A stretch of 38,268 nt of DNA, taken from contig CAZBXB010000002.1 of the NCBI GenBank assembly GCA_964496075.1, positions 1 through 38,268 of the forward strand, written 5' to 3'. Positions 24,242 through 32,900 of this stretch are shown here, in pieces (positions within the stretch are counted from its first letter, which is position 1; every line of letters begins with the position of its first letter). The notes under the pieces were generated by a model that saw only the letters and a program-made list of their open reading frames with translations, had not been told where the DNA came from and did not search any database. This DNA is from an uncultured Gammaproteobacteria bacterium. Lineage in GTDB: Bacteria > Patescibacteriota > Microgenomatia > UBA12405. The position numbers and the translations under genes are program-made.

Positions 24242-25099
24242 CTACAAGTCCAACTGATCTATTTGTTGTTTTTGGTGATGAGTTAGCTTGGTAGGAATGT
24301 TGACTAAGACTCGAATATAAAAGTCTCCTCTTCTGTTAGTGTTAAGTTGTTTAACACCTTTGCCCCTTAACCTAATCAGGGTATTTGATTGAGTACCTGG
24401 TTGAATTTTGACAGTTAGATTGTCGCCTTCCAAAGTGGGAACACTAATCTTGTCTCCAAGAGTAGCCTGTTTAAAGTTTATGGAAGCGTTAACAAAAACA
24501 TCGTAGCCATCTCTTTTGAAGGTGTCGCTTGGAGCAACATCAATATAGAGAATAAAATCGTTGAATTTAATCCTTTGGCCATCGGCGACACCGGCAGGGA
24601 TTTTAATAGTCTTTTTTTGGCCATTTAGGCTGACATGTTTTTCAACCCCATTGGCGGCTTCTAAAAATGAAATGGTAATTTTGTGAGTAGATAGTCTGGG
24701 ACCTTGGCCAAACGAAGTACCAAAAAACTGTTCAAAAATATCAAAAGGATTACTAAAACCGCCAAAGTTAAAGTCAGCCGATCCAAAAGGATTACCTTCA
24801 GCTGAATTGGTATAAGTAAAATTGAAAGGTCCTTGCTGTCTGGTATAAGTGTTTCCGCCAAAAGGACCAGCTTGACCACCTTCAAAGGCGGCATGGCCAT
24901 ATTGGTCATAAGCAGTTTTTTTATCGTCATTGCTTAAGACTTCATAAGCTTCGTTTATTTCCTTAAACTTATCCTCGGCGTCAGCCGACTTGTTTTTGTC
25001 AGGATGAAACTTAAGGGCTAGCTTTCGATAAGCCGACTTGATATCAGCCTTACTCGCCCCCTTAGATATACCCAGTGTTTCATAAAAATCTTTTTTCAT
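24242..25099 (-). CDS. dnaJ: J-domain co-chaperone, class B (DnaJ/CbpA-like) without a zinc-finger domain
   Basis: The J domain is DFYETLGISKGASKADIKSAYRKLALKFHPDKN. A Gly/Phe-rich region and the C-terminal substrate-binding domains follow. The 285-aa protein contains no cysteine. Confidence 0.9.
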   Translation of the reverse strand: MKKDFYETLGISKGASKADIKSAYRKLALKFHPDKNKSADAEDKFKEINEAYEVLSNDDKKTAYDQYGHAAFEGGQAGPFGGNTYTRQQGPFNFTYTNSAEGNPFGSADFNFGGFSNPFDIFEQFFGTSFGQGPRLSTHKITISFLEAANGVEKHVSLNGQKKTIKIPAGVADGQRIKFNDFILYIDVAPSDTFKRDGYDVFVNASINFKQATLGDKISVPTLEGDNLTVKIQPGTQSNTLIRLRGKGVKQLNTNRRGDFYIRVLVNIPTKLTHHQKQQIDQLDL

Positions 25100-25101
25100 T
25101 T

Positions 25102-27030
25102 TTATTCAACTACCTCTCCTTCTTCGGCGTCGGATTTATCCTGCTTATCTTTGTCATTTTTGCCTTTAGTTTTATCTTCTTGGCTGGCTTGAGCTTGATC
25201 GCCTGCTTTAGCCTGGTCAGGATTTTGATACATAGCAGCCCCGACAGTTTGAAGTATTTGACTTAAAGATTGTCTGGTTTTATCCAGATTATCTTTACTG
25301 GCGTCTTGCTTTTCTAAGACCTTTTTAGCAGCATCAATTTCGGCCTGAAGCTTCTTTTTATCTTCATCTTTGATCTTATCAGTAAGGTCCTTGATAGTTT
25401 TTTCAGAAGCAAAGACAGTGTTGTCGAGAAGATTTCTGGCTTCGACCAATTCTTTTTTGGCTTTATCTTCATCGGCATATTTGTCGGCCTCAGCTTTCAT
25501 CTTTTCAACCTCTTCTTCAGATAAATTAGTAGCATTTTGAATGGTGATCTTTTGCTCTTTGCCAGAAGCTTTATCTTTGGCAGAAACGGATAAGATACCA
25601 TTACTATCTATATCGAAGGTAACTTCAACCTGAGGAATACCGCGAGGAGCAGGTGGAATACCATCAAGGATAAACCTACCTAGAGATTTGTTGTCTGTGG
25701 CCATGGGGCGCTCACCTTGTAGGACATTGATTTCTACTTGAGTCTGGTTATCGGAATAAGTAGAGAATGTTTGAGACTTTTTGGTAGGAACAGTAGTGTT
25801 TCTGTCGATTAGGGGAGTTTTGACACCACCGGCGGTTTCAATACCAAGAGTTAGGGGTGTGACATCGAGTAAAACGACGTCTTTGACTTCGCCAGTTAGG
25901 ACTGCACCTTGGACAGCGGCACCAATAGCCACAACTTCATCGGGATTAACAGAGTTGTTGAGATCTTTGCCAAAAAAGTCTTTGACTACTTGCTGAATCT
26001 TTGGCATTCTGGTTTGACCACCGACCATAAGAATATCGGTAATCTCAGCCTTGGTAACTTTGGCGTCCTTTATGCATTTTTCGACCGGGCCAAGGGTGGC
26101 CTGAACCAAATCTTCGGTTAACTGCTCCAATTTTGATCTGGTCATCTTGATTTCTAAGTGAAGTGGTTGACCATCCTTTTGAGTGATAAAAGGGAGGTTA
26201 ATGTCAGCATCCTGAGAGGAACTTAGCTCAATTTTAGCTTTTTCGGCTGCTTCTTTAATTCTTTGAAGAGCTTGAGGATCTTTGCTTAAATCGACTCCAT
26301 GCTCTTTTTCAAATGTTTCTAGAAGCCATTGAATAATCTTGTGATCAAAGTCATCACCACCTAAAAAGGTGTCACCATTGGTAGCCTTAACTTCAAAAAT
26401 TCCGTCACCAATTTCCAGAATCGAAATATCAAAAGTACCACCACCCAAGTCATAAACGGCAATGGTGCCAGACTTCTTTTTATCAAGACCAAAAGCCAGA
26501 GCGGCGGCGGTTGGCTCGTTGACAATTCTAACTACATTAAGTCCGGATATTTCGCCGGCTTGTTTGGTAGCTTGGCGCTGGGAATCATCAAAGTAGGCGG
26601 GGACAGTAACAACGGCGTCTTTGACTTCTTCTCCTAGATATTTTTCGGCATCGGCTTTGGCTTTTTGTAAAATCTTGGCTGAAATTTCTTGGGGTGTATA
26701 AGCTTTGCCATCAACTTCGACTGCAACCATATTATCTTTGCCGGCAATTATTTTGTAAGGAACCATTTTTTGAGTTTTGGCAACAGCCGGATCAGACATT
26801 CTTCTACCCATTAAGCGCTTAATACTGTAGATTGTGTTTTGGGAATTTAAAACCATTTGCCTTTTGGCAAGATCACCTACCAGATTTTTGACTGGTTCGA
26901 CAACTGAGGGAATTAAATTTCTACCCTCTGAGGTAACAATAACTTTAGGACTGCCAGCTTCCATAACTGCTACGCAGGAATTGGTGGTACCTAAATCGAT
27001 ACCGATTATTTTTTTGCTTGTTTGTGCCAT
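25102..27030 (-). CDS. dnaK: Chaperone DnaK (Hsp70)
   Basis: [19 protein letters not shown] and VGGQTRMP are present. The start is set at ATG 27030, which is preceded by AAAGGAG; the track start at 27066 is too long. Confidence 0.97.
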   Translation of the reverse strand: MAQTSKKIIGIDLGTTNSCVAVMEAGSPKVIVTSEGRNLIPSVVEPVKNLVGDLAKRQMVLNSQNTIYSIKRLMGRRMSDPAVAKTQKMVPYKIIAGKDNMVAVEVDGKAYTPQEISAKILQKAKADAEKYLGEEVKDAVVTVPAYFDDSQRQATKQAGEISGLNVVRIVNEPTAAALAFGLDKKKSGTIAVYDLGGGTFDISILEIGDGIFEVKATNGDTFLGGDDFDHKIIQWLLETFEKEHGVDLSKDPQALQRIKEAAEKAKIELSSSQDADINLPFITQKDGQPLHLEIKMTRSKLEQLTEDLVQATLGPVEKCIKDAKVTKAEITDILMVGGQTRMPKIQQVVKDFFGKDLNNSVNPDEVVAIGAAVQGAVLTGEVKDVVLLDVTPLTLGIETAGGVKTPLIDRNTTVPTKKSQTFSTYSDNQTQVEINVLQGERPMATDNKSLGRFILDGIPPAPRGIPQVEVTFDIDSNGILSVSAKDKASGKEQKITIQNATNLSEEEVEKMKAEADKYADEDKAKKELVEARNLLDNTVFASEKTIKDLTDKIKDEDKKKLQAEIDAAKKVLEKQDASKDNLDKTRQSLSQILQTVGAAMYQNPDQAKAGDQAQASQEDKTKGKNDKDKQDKSDAEEGEVVE

Positions 27031-27034
27031 GTTT

Positions 27035-27039
27035 CTCCT
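27035..27039 (-). promoter_or_regulatory. Shine-Dalgarno sequence of dnaK
   Basis: The minus strand reads AAAGGAGaaacATG. Confidence 0.7.
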
Positions 27040-27046
27040 TTTTAAA

Positions 27047-27508
27047 TTATTTAGTGCCCACAACAACGTGAGCTGGTCTTATAACTTGACCATTAAATTT
27101 ATAACCTTTCTTTTTAACTTCAGAAATAAGATCTTTTTTGACCTTATTGGTAGTGTCGACACAGTCCATGGTTTGGGGATCAAATGTCTGACCCAAAGCA
27201 ACGATCTCTTCCAAGCCTTCGCTTTTTAGGACATCTTCAAACTTGGTAACGGCCATTTTGAGACCTTTGTCGTTTAGATGTTTATCAACCAAATGAAGAT
27301 CATCAAGACTAGCTAAAATTTTATCAAATATTGAGCTAAGGGCTAAAGTTATAAAAACTTGCCTTTGAACTTCAACTCTTTTTTCGAAGTTTTGATAATC
27401 TGCCAGTGATCTGTTTAACTTTTCTGAAAGTTGTCTGTTTTCTTCCAGTAAGTGCTCCAGGTTTTGGGCAATGTTAGGCCGTTTTGATTGTTTGGTGGTT
27501 TTTTTCAT
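27047..27508 (-). CDS. grpE: Nucleotide exchange factor GrpE
   Basis: [18 protein letters not shown] and [11 protein letters not shown] match the GrpE signature positions. Confidence 0.92.
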   Translation of the reverse strand: MKKTTKQSKRPNIAQNLEHLLEENRQLSEKLNRSLADYQNFEKRVEVQRQVFITLALSSIFDKILASLDDLHLVDKHLNDKGLKMAVTKFEDVLKSEGLEEIVALGQTFDPQTMDCVDTTNKVKKDLISEVKKKGYKFNGQVIRPAHVVVGTK

Positions 27509-27514
27509 AATTAT

Positions 27515-28246
27515 TTAACCTGCAATGGATGATAAAAGATGGGCAATATAGTCAATTAAGGGAACGACTTGAGTGTATTTAAATCTAGCCGGACCGATAA
27601 TACCTAAGATACCACGGTGGGGACCGGATTCGTATTTTTGATAAACAAAACCGCAAGGCTCAAGATGTTCTAGACCCAGGTCTTCACCAATAAGTAGGCG
27701 AATATCGCCTTCCTGTTGAACAGCATCGGCCTTTTTAACGATATCAAACCAAAATTCATTATCGTCAATTAGAGACAGGACCGTTTTGGTAACATCGATG
27801 TCGTAAAATTCCGGTTCTTCAAGCAGATTGCAGGCACCAAAGGAAAATATCGAACCTTGGTCAATGGTGGCAATAGCCAGAGCGTGAGACTTAGTGGCTA
27901 AAAGTTTAGTAGCTTCTCTGAGAAGTTTTTCAAATTCGTTTCGATAATCCCACATAATTTGCTTGGTTTTAACTTCTTCAGTAATTGATAAATCCTGAGT
28001 GGCCATTAAGTTTCTGACGTAGTATTTAAGACCAACCGAAGTAGGAATACTACCTGAACTGCTGTGCTCCTTTTTTAGATAGCCTAGTTGAACCAGGGCT
28101 GACATTTCGTTTCTGATGGTGGCCGGAGAAACACCTAAGTTGTACTTTTTCTCTAAATTTTGGGAGCCAACCGGCGAGGCCGTTTCGATAAATTCTTCAA
28201 CAATAAACTTTAATATCTTGATCTGCCTTTGAGTTAGGTTGGTCAT
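27515..28246 (-). CDS. hrcA: Heat-inducible transcription repressor HrcA, short form (243 aa)
   Basis: The N-terminal winged helix reads RQIKILKFIVEEFIETASPVGSQNL...SPATIRNEM. The C-terminal segment is GILGIIGPARFKYTQVVPLIDY. The product is about 100 aa shorter than Bacillus HrcA. Confidence 0.88.
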   Translation of the reverse strand: MTNLTQRQIKILKFIVEEFIETASPVGSQNLEKKYNLGVSPATIRNEMSALVQLGYLKKEHSSSGSIPTSVGLKYYVRNLMATQDLSITEEVKTKQIMWDYRNEFEKLLREATKLLATKSHALAIATIDQGSIFSFGACNLLEEPEFYDIDVTKTVLSLIDDNEFWFDIVKKADAVQQEGDIRLLIGEDLGLEHLEPCGFVYQKYESGPHRGILGIIGPARFKYTQVVPLIDYIAHLLSSIAG

Positions 28247-28247
28247 A

Positions 28248-28274
28248 TTAGCAATATGATAGATGGTTTGCTAG
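28248..28274. promoter_or_regulatory. Degenerate CIRCE-like inverted repeat abutting the hrcA start
   Basis: The sequence is TTAGCAATA-N9-GTTTGCTAG, compared with the CIRCE consensus TTAGCACTC-N9-GAGTGCTAA. The core TAGCAA/TTGCTA arms pair perfectly. Confidence 0.35.
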
Positions 28275-28561
28275 CGTCTGTCAAGAAAGAAAAACAAAAA
28301 GATGAAAAAGAAAAGTAGAAAAATTGCATTTATGGGGCTAAAAAGGCTAAAATATTTTAGAAGAAGATTTAGAGTAAAGAAGAGGGAAATAAAAAGGCAA
28401 GCTAAACTTTTTTTGAAAATAAAGAGTGAGAAGAGGAAAAGAAAGAGAAAAACAAGACCGAAAAATATGGCAATAATTAGATTTGAACTAGGCGGTAAGA
28501 TAAGGGTAAAAAAGATGACAACAAGCAGTGGAATTAAAAAAAATGCTTTAGTTTTTAACAT
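28271..28561 (-). CDS. Putative small Phe/Leu-rich polytopic membrane protein
   Basis: The 96-aa ORF has 3-4 hydrophobic segments. It is co-oriented with its neighbours and overlaps the rmuC stop by 14 nt. The region is polypyrimidine on this strand, so the mirror ORF is also open. Confidence 0.4.
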   Translation of the reverse strand: MLKTKAFFLIPLLVVIFFTLILPPSSNLIIAIFFGLVFLFLFLFSLFIFKKSLACLFISLFFTLNLLLKYFSLFSPINAIFLLFFFIFLFFFLDRR

Positions 28562-29678
28562 TGGCTAATATTTTGGGTGGCTGAATAATATCAGGACCGT
28601 CAAGACTAATTTTATCAACTACTTTTTGAAGTTGACGGGTACGGGTACTGTTGACTTTGTCGTATTGACTTGAAAGTGAGTCGATTTTGGTACCAATTTT
28701 TCCAAACTCAGCGTTGTATTTTTCAAACTCGGATGAAAACTTTTTGATATGCTCGATAATTTGGCGAGTGTTTTTTTGAATCTTAAAATTGTCATAGGCT
28801 TGACGAACCATACGCAAGATAGCAGTAAAGGAAAAAGGGCCGGCAAAGATAACTTTTTTTTCCAGAGCTTCTTGCCAAATTTCCGGCATTTTGTCATAAA
28901 TAAAACTAAAGATCATTTCATTGGGGATAAACAAGATGACAAAGTCAACGGTTTTGCCTGATGGATCGATATATTCCCTACTAACTACCTGCTTAATCTT
29001 TTGTTTAACATCGGTCTTAAAATTTTTAAGATATTTGAGTTTTTCGCTTTTTGACTGGCTTTCGGACATCTTGGTTAGATTGCTGTAGGGAAATTTGGAA
29101 TCGACATTGATTTTGGCGCCATCCGGTAAAAATACGCAAAAATCCGGCCTGGTTTCGGCTCCCTCCATTTGTTTATTAAACTCATAATCAACACCTTTGA
29201 TAAAGCCGGCCATTTTAAGAAGATCTTCGGCTACTTTTTCACCAAAGGCACCTCTGAGTTGATTGTTACTTAAGACTTTTTTAAGGCCTTCAGTGGTGAC
29301 CGATAATTCTTGAGTGATTTTTTTATGACTTTCCAGTTCTTGTTTTAGGGCATTAAAATTGCCAATCCGACTGGTTTCGGCAGTTTCTAACTTCTTTTGG
29401 TTTTTGTCAAGCTCAGACAGTACTCTGTCGACTAGTTTTTCAAAAGATTGGTTTTTGTTTTCCAGATCAGTCTTTATTTCTTGCTTTTTGCTGTCTAGAT
29501 TTTGATTGGCAAGACTGACCAGATTTTGATTGGCTTGATTCAGGATTTCGGGAAACTTTTGATTGAATTGGTTAAAGAATTCATCGGAAAATGATTGGCT
29601 GGACTGTTTCCTCTTAAAGAAAAAATAGGCAAAGGTAAAACCAAGAGCGATGGCTAGTAGGATGTATAAGGGTTCCAT
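28548..29678 (-). CDS. rmuC: DNA recombination protein RmuC with an N-terminal TM helix
   Basis: A coiled-coil N-terminal half is followed by a nuclease-like core containing RPDFCVFLPDGAKINVDSKFP and DFVILFIPNE. ATG 29678 is preferred over the track TTG at 29693. Confidence 0.88.
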   Translation of the reverse strand: MEPLYILLAIALGFTFAYFFFKRKQSSQSFSDEFFNQFNQKFPEILNQANQNLVSLANQNLDSKKQEIKTDLENKNQSFEKLVDRVLSELDKNQKKLETAETSRIGNFNALKQELESHKKITQELSVTTEGLKKVLSNNQLRGAFGEKVAEDLLKMAGFIKGVDYEFNKQMEGAETRPDFCVFLPDGAKINVDSKFPYSNLTKMSESQSKSEKLKYLKNFKTDVKQKIKQVVSREYIDPSGKTVDFVILFIPNEMIFSFIYDKMPEIWQEALEKKVIFAGPFSFTAILRMVRQAYDNFKIQKNTRQIIEHIKKFSSEFEKYNAEFGKIGTKIDSLSSQYDKVNSTRTRQLQKVVDKISLDGPDIIQPPKILANVKN

Positions 29679-29683
29679 GGCTA

Positions 29684-29692
29684 ATTGTATCA
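29684..29692 (-). promoter_or_regulatory. Extended -10 promoter placed for a leaderless rmuC transcript
   Basis: The minus strand reads TGaTACAAT, 5 nt (tagcc), then ATG (29678). Confidence 0.45.
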
Positions 29693-29701
29693 AGTAATAG
29701 A

Positions 29702-29709
29702 TGTATAAT
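29702..29709 (+). promoter_or_regulatory. Extended -10 promoter for the orphan plus-strand ORF
   Basis: TGtATAAT lies at 29702-29709. It is followed by 5 nt and an in-frame GTG at 29715. Confidence 0.45.
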
Positions 29710-29714
29710 TGGGT

Positions 29715-29966
29715 GTGCCAGAAATAAGACTAGAAAAAGGACCCGATGGAATGATGGTAAGGCTTGGGGATTTGGTTGTTAACCTTAGTGAACTTAGACG
29801 TAGAGTGGCATCGATAGGCAGGGGAACAAAAGAGGTTGGCTTCACTGTTAACATTGAAACAAAAAGGCGTCCAGGGGAAGGCCAAATGAGATGGAAAGAC
29901 GGATCATATTTGACCGTTGATCAGGCCGTTGATGAAACATACCAAAGAGATATGAATATTGCCTAG
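29715..29966 (+). CDS. Orphan 83-aa Arg/Gly/Glu-rich protein of unknown function
   Basis: This is the only ORF filling the 270-nt gap between rmuC and the helicase-nuclease gene. The alternative start is ATG 29751, preceded by AAGGA. Its TAG stop shares the CTAG tetranucleotide with the convergent gene's stop. Confidence 0.5.
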   Translation: MPEIRLEKGPDGMMVRLGDLVVNLSELRRRVASIGRGTKEVGFTVNIETKRRPGEGQMRWKDGSYLTVDQAVDETYQRDMNIA

Positions 29967-32900
29967 ATTAGATTGTGCAGGTTGTCACGATCTTTGCAGT
30001 TGGGATTAATGGGGAATTTTAGACCTAAAATGGCTTGATAAGTATCTTTGATAAGGACTTTAAGTGTGGCAACATCTTCGTCTTTAATCTCGATAACTTT
30101 TTCGATAAATTGGCCGTTTTTGTCGGGCTCGACGTATTCAACTGCGGCTTTTTGAAGATGGTAGTTAAATCTGGGGCTTAGATCGAGTAAGAGTTTATAA
30201 AACAGGATTTGTCTAAAGTAGCTACCGGCTTTGGAGTCGAATCTGGGAGCAACTTTTGAGGTGGCATAATCAGGTTTACCGGTCTTAAAATCAGTGACAA
30301 TGATGTCCGTCTTGGTACCGGTTTTGGTGGGCAGTATTTCAACTTTGTCTATTTTGCCGGTTAAAGGAATATCGTCAAGGTGAATATTGTGAGAAGAGAA
30401 GTTTTCTTCAACTTTGTAATCGCCTGTCAAATCGGGGTGATTTTTTAAGTAATCTTTTAATAAGCTCTGGCCTTGAGGTAATAGAGATTGGTAATCACTT
30501 TTAGTTAGAAATTCGTTTTCTAAGACGCTCTTAAAGACTTTATATAGGGAATCAAGACTACTTTTGGGATGAAGGTAGAGATAAGCTAAGCTGGTGTGGA
30601 CAGCTGTACCAAAAGATAAGCTGGGAGTTTTGACTGAGGGGACTTTTAAGATGGTTTTATAGTAAAAGCAGTGAGGGCAGTTTAGGTAAGAATTTAGATG
30701 GGTAATGTTGAATTTATAAGAGTTTTTTAAATAAGAAAGTAGGTAATCTCGATTTTGGGTGGTGATAAATTTATGACTTTTGTCGACAGACAGAATTGAA
30801 TTAAATAAATCTTTATCAATATTGGATTTAGTTGCTTTGGCCTCGATTAGCTTGGGATCGATTTCAAAGATAAATTGAGATGGAGTTTGAGGACGACCGA
30901 TTAAGTTAGTATTACTAAAGCTTAAATATATTTGCTTTTTGGCTCGAGTCAGGGCTACATAAAAAAGACGTCGATCGTCTTGATTGGCGTCATCGATAGG
31001 CTTGGATTTGACAATACCAAAAGGTAGAGCTAGCTTGTCAGTTTGTCGGCCGTTGCCCCATCTGCCATTGATACAATTGATGACAAAAACGTGATCAAAC
31101 TCAAGACCCTTGGCTCCATGAACTGTCAAAAGATTAATTTGATCTGCTTGGGTGGTCGGATTAGCTTGGGGAATAGATAAATTATTTTGAGCTAGAAGAT
31201 TGAGTCTTTTAACGAAATTTTTTAGATTGGATTGAGGATGGCTTTGTTCAAAGGATTTTAGGTAAGAAAAGAGAGAATATAAGTCTGAGTTAGCCGTAAA
31301 ACTGTCGGATTTTTTGGATAAATATTTAAGATATGAAAATTGGTCAAGAATATAAACAAAGAGCTGGTTTAGTGGTAAATTTTGGGATTGAACTTGGCAA
31401 TCGGCAATCTTTTTAACGATGTTTTTGATTTTTTTGGATGTAAGCTGTTGACTATAAACATAATCGACAAGATCGAGGTGCTTACTTCTGAGACTATGAA
31501 GGATTTTGGTTAAAGTTAAGGGTGATATATCAAAAAGGGGTAGGGATAAAAGAGAATAAAGAAAAATGTTACTAGTGGTGTCAGCAATAGCCGAAAGGAT
31601 ACGAATAAAGTGAGACAAGTGATCGGACTTTAGGCAATTGTGTTTAGATCGACTAAATTTGATATTTTTTTGAAGAAGTAAGCTAGCCAGTAGATCGGCA
31701 TCGGCATGTTGACGATACAAGACAGCAATTTCTGACGGATTGACTCCCCTCTTTAGTAAGTTTTCAATTTTGGTAGCTACCAGATTGGCTTCTTCGAGCT
31801 GACTAGCTAGTTCAAAAAGGTTGATGGGGTCGGGATCATAGTCGACTTGGGAGATAAGATTTTTATCGATATTTTTAATTAGATTTGTAAGCTGGGTTTG
31901 GTTTTTGCTGATAAGGGAGTGAGCACTGTCTAAAATCAGCTGATGACTTCGGTAGTTATTGACCAGAACAAAGGTTAAGGGCTTGTATTTTTGATAAAAA
32001 CTTAAAATATTTTCAACAGAAGCGCCTTGAAATCTAAAGATGGATTGATCATCATCGCCAACAACGAAAAGATTGGGGTGGTCAAAGTAGGAAGATAGGA
32101 GATGAAGTAGTTTGATTTGAGAATTATTACTGTCTTGAAATTCATCAACTAAGATGTAGTGAATCTGTTCCTGGTAAAGACGCAAAAAATCGGGGTCTTT
32201 TTTAAAGCGAGAAATTACGAAGTTGATCATGTCGTCAAAGTCGTAATAGGCTAATCTTTTGAGCTGTTTTTGATATGAGTTGTATATAAGTTGAAGTTGG
32301 GTTTGCTTATCAAGGTTTTTGGTAACTTTATCAAAGACTGACAAAAGATCGTTTTTAAAATTAATGGCGGGATTTTTGGCCTTACCGCTGGTGTAAAAAG
32401 CATCTTGATAAAGCTTGTACTTGGAGGAAAACAAGGCTTTGAAACTAGAGTTGGTATGTTTATTTTCTAAAATGTTTTTGAGTATTTGTAGTAGATTGGT
32501 CTCAAGGCTTTTTGAAGATCGTAGGGATTTGAGTTGTTGATAGTTAGCTTGATTGGTTTGAATAAAGCGCTGGTGGCTAAGGTTGAGTTTAAAAAAGGAT
32601 TTTGGAGAAAAAGCTTCCCTTTTTAGGGTTTGGATGGCAGAAATAATACTGGAAAGGTAAAAATAAGGAGCACCGCGAGGCTTTAAAGGAGAATTAAGTG
32701 GAAGTTTGTCTATAATTTTGGTAATAATGGTAATTTTGTCGATTTCTTCAATGCTAGTTAAGTCAGTTTGTTTAAATTTATCTGGGTTTGACTGAATGAC
32801 CATATTACAAAAAGAATGGAAAGTATGGATTTGGACGGAGTAAGCAGTCGGTCCGATTAGAGACAAGAGTCGTTGTCTCATGTTGAAACTGGCGTTGTCG

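Noticed and set aside
26834-27229. A 131-aa plus-strand ORF across the dnaK/grpE junction.
   Set aside because: It is antisense to two strongly supported chaperone genes and has a shadow-frame composition.
28302-28568. An 88-aa Lys/Arg-rich plus-strand ORF.
   Set aside because: It is the mirror image of a polypyrimidine coding tract. It is oriented against all its neighbours, overlaps the rmuC 3' end head-on, and has no start context. The minus-strand membrane ORF is preferred, at low confidence.
29694-29962. The G+C-richer rmuC-helicase spacer might be a structured RNA gene such as tmRNA, RNase P RNA, SRP RNA or 6S RNA.
   Set aside because: On neither strand did I find the conserved cores: the tmRNA 5' GGGG and 3' tRNA-like end, the RNase P GAGGAAAGUCC element, or the SRP GGAA/AGCA domain IV loop. 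The region is one uninterrupted ORF with a correctly spaced promoter. The RNA alternative is kept only as something to exclude with cmscan.
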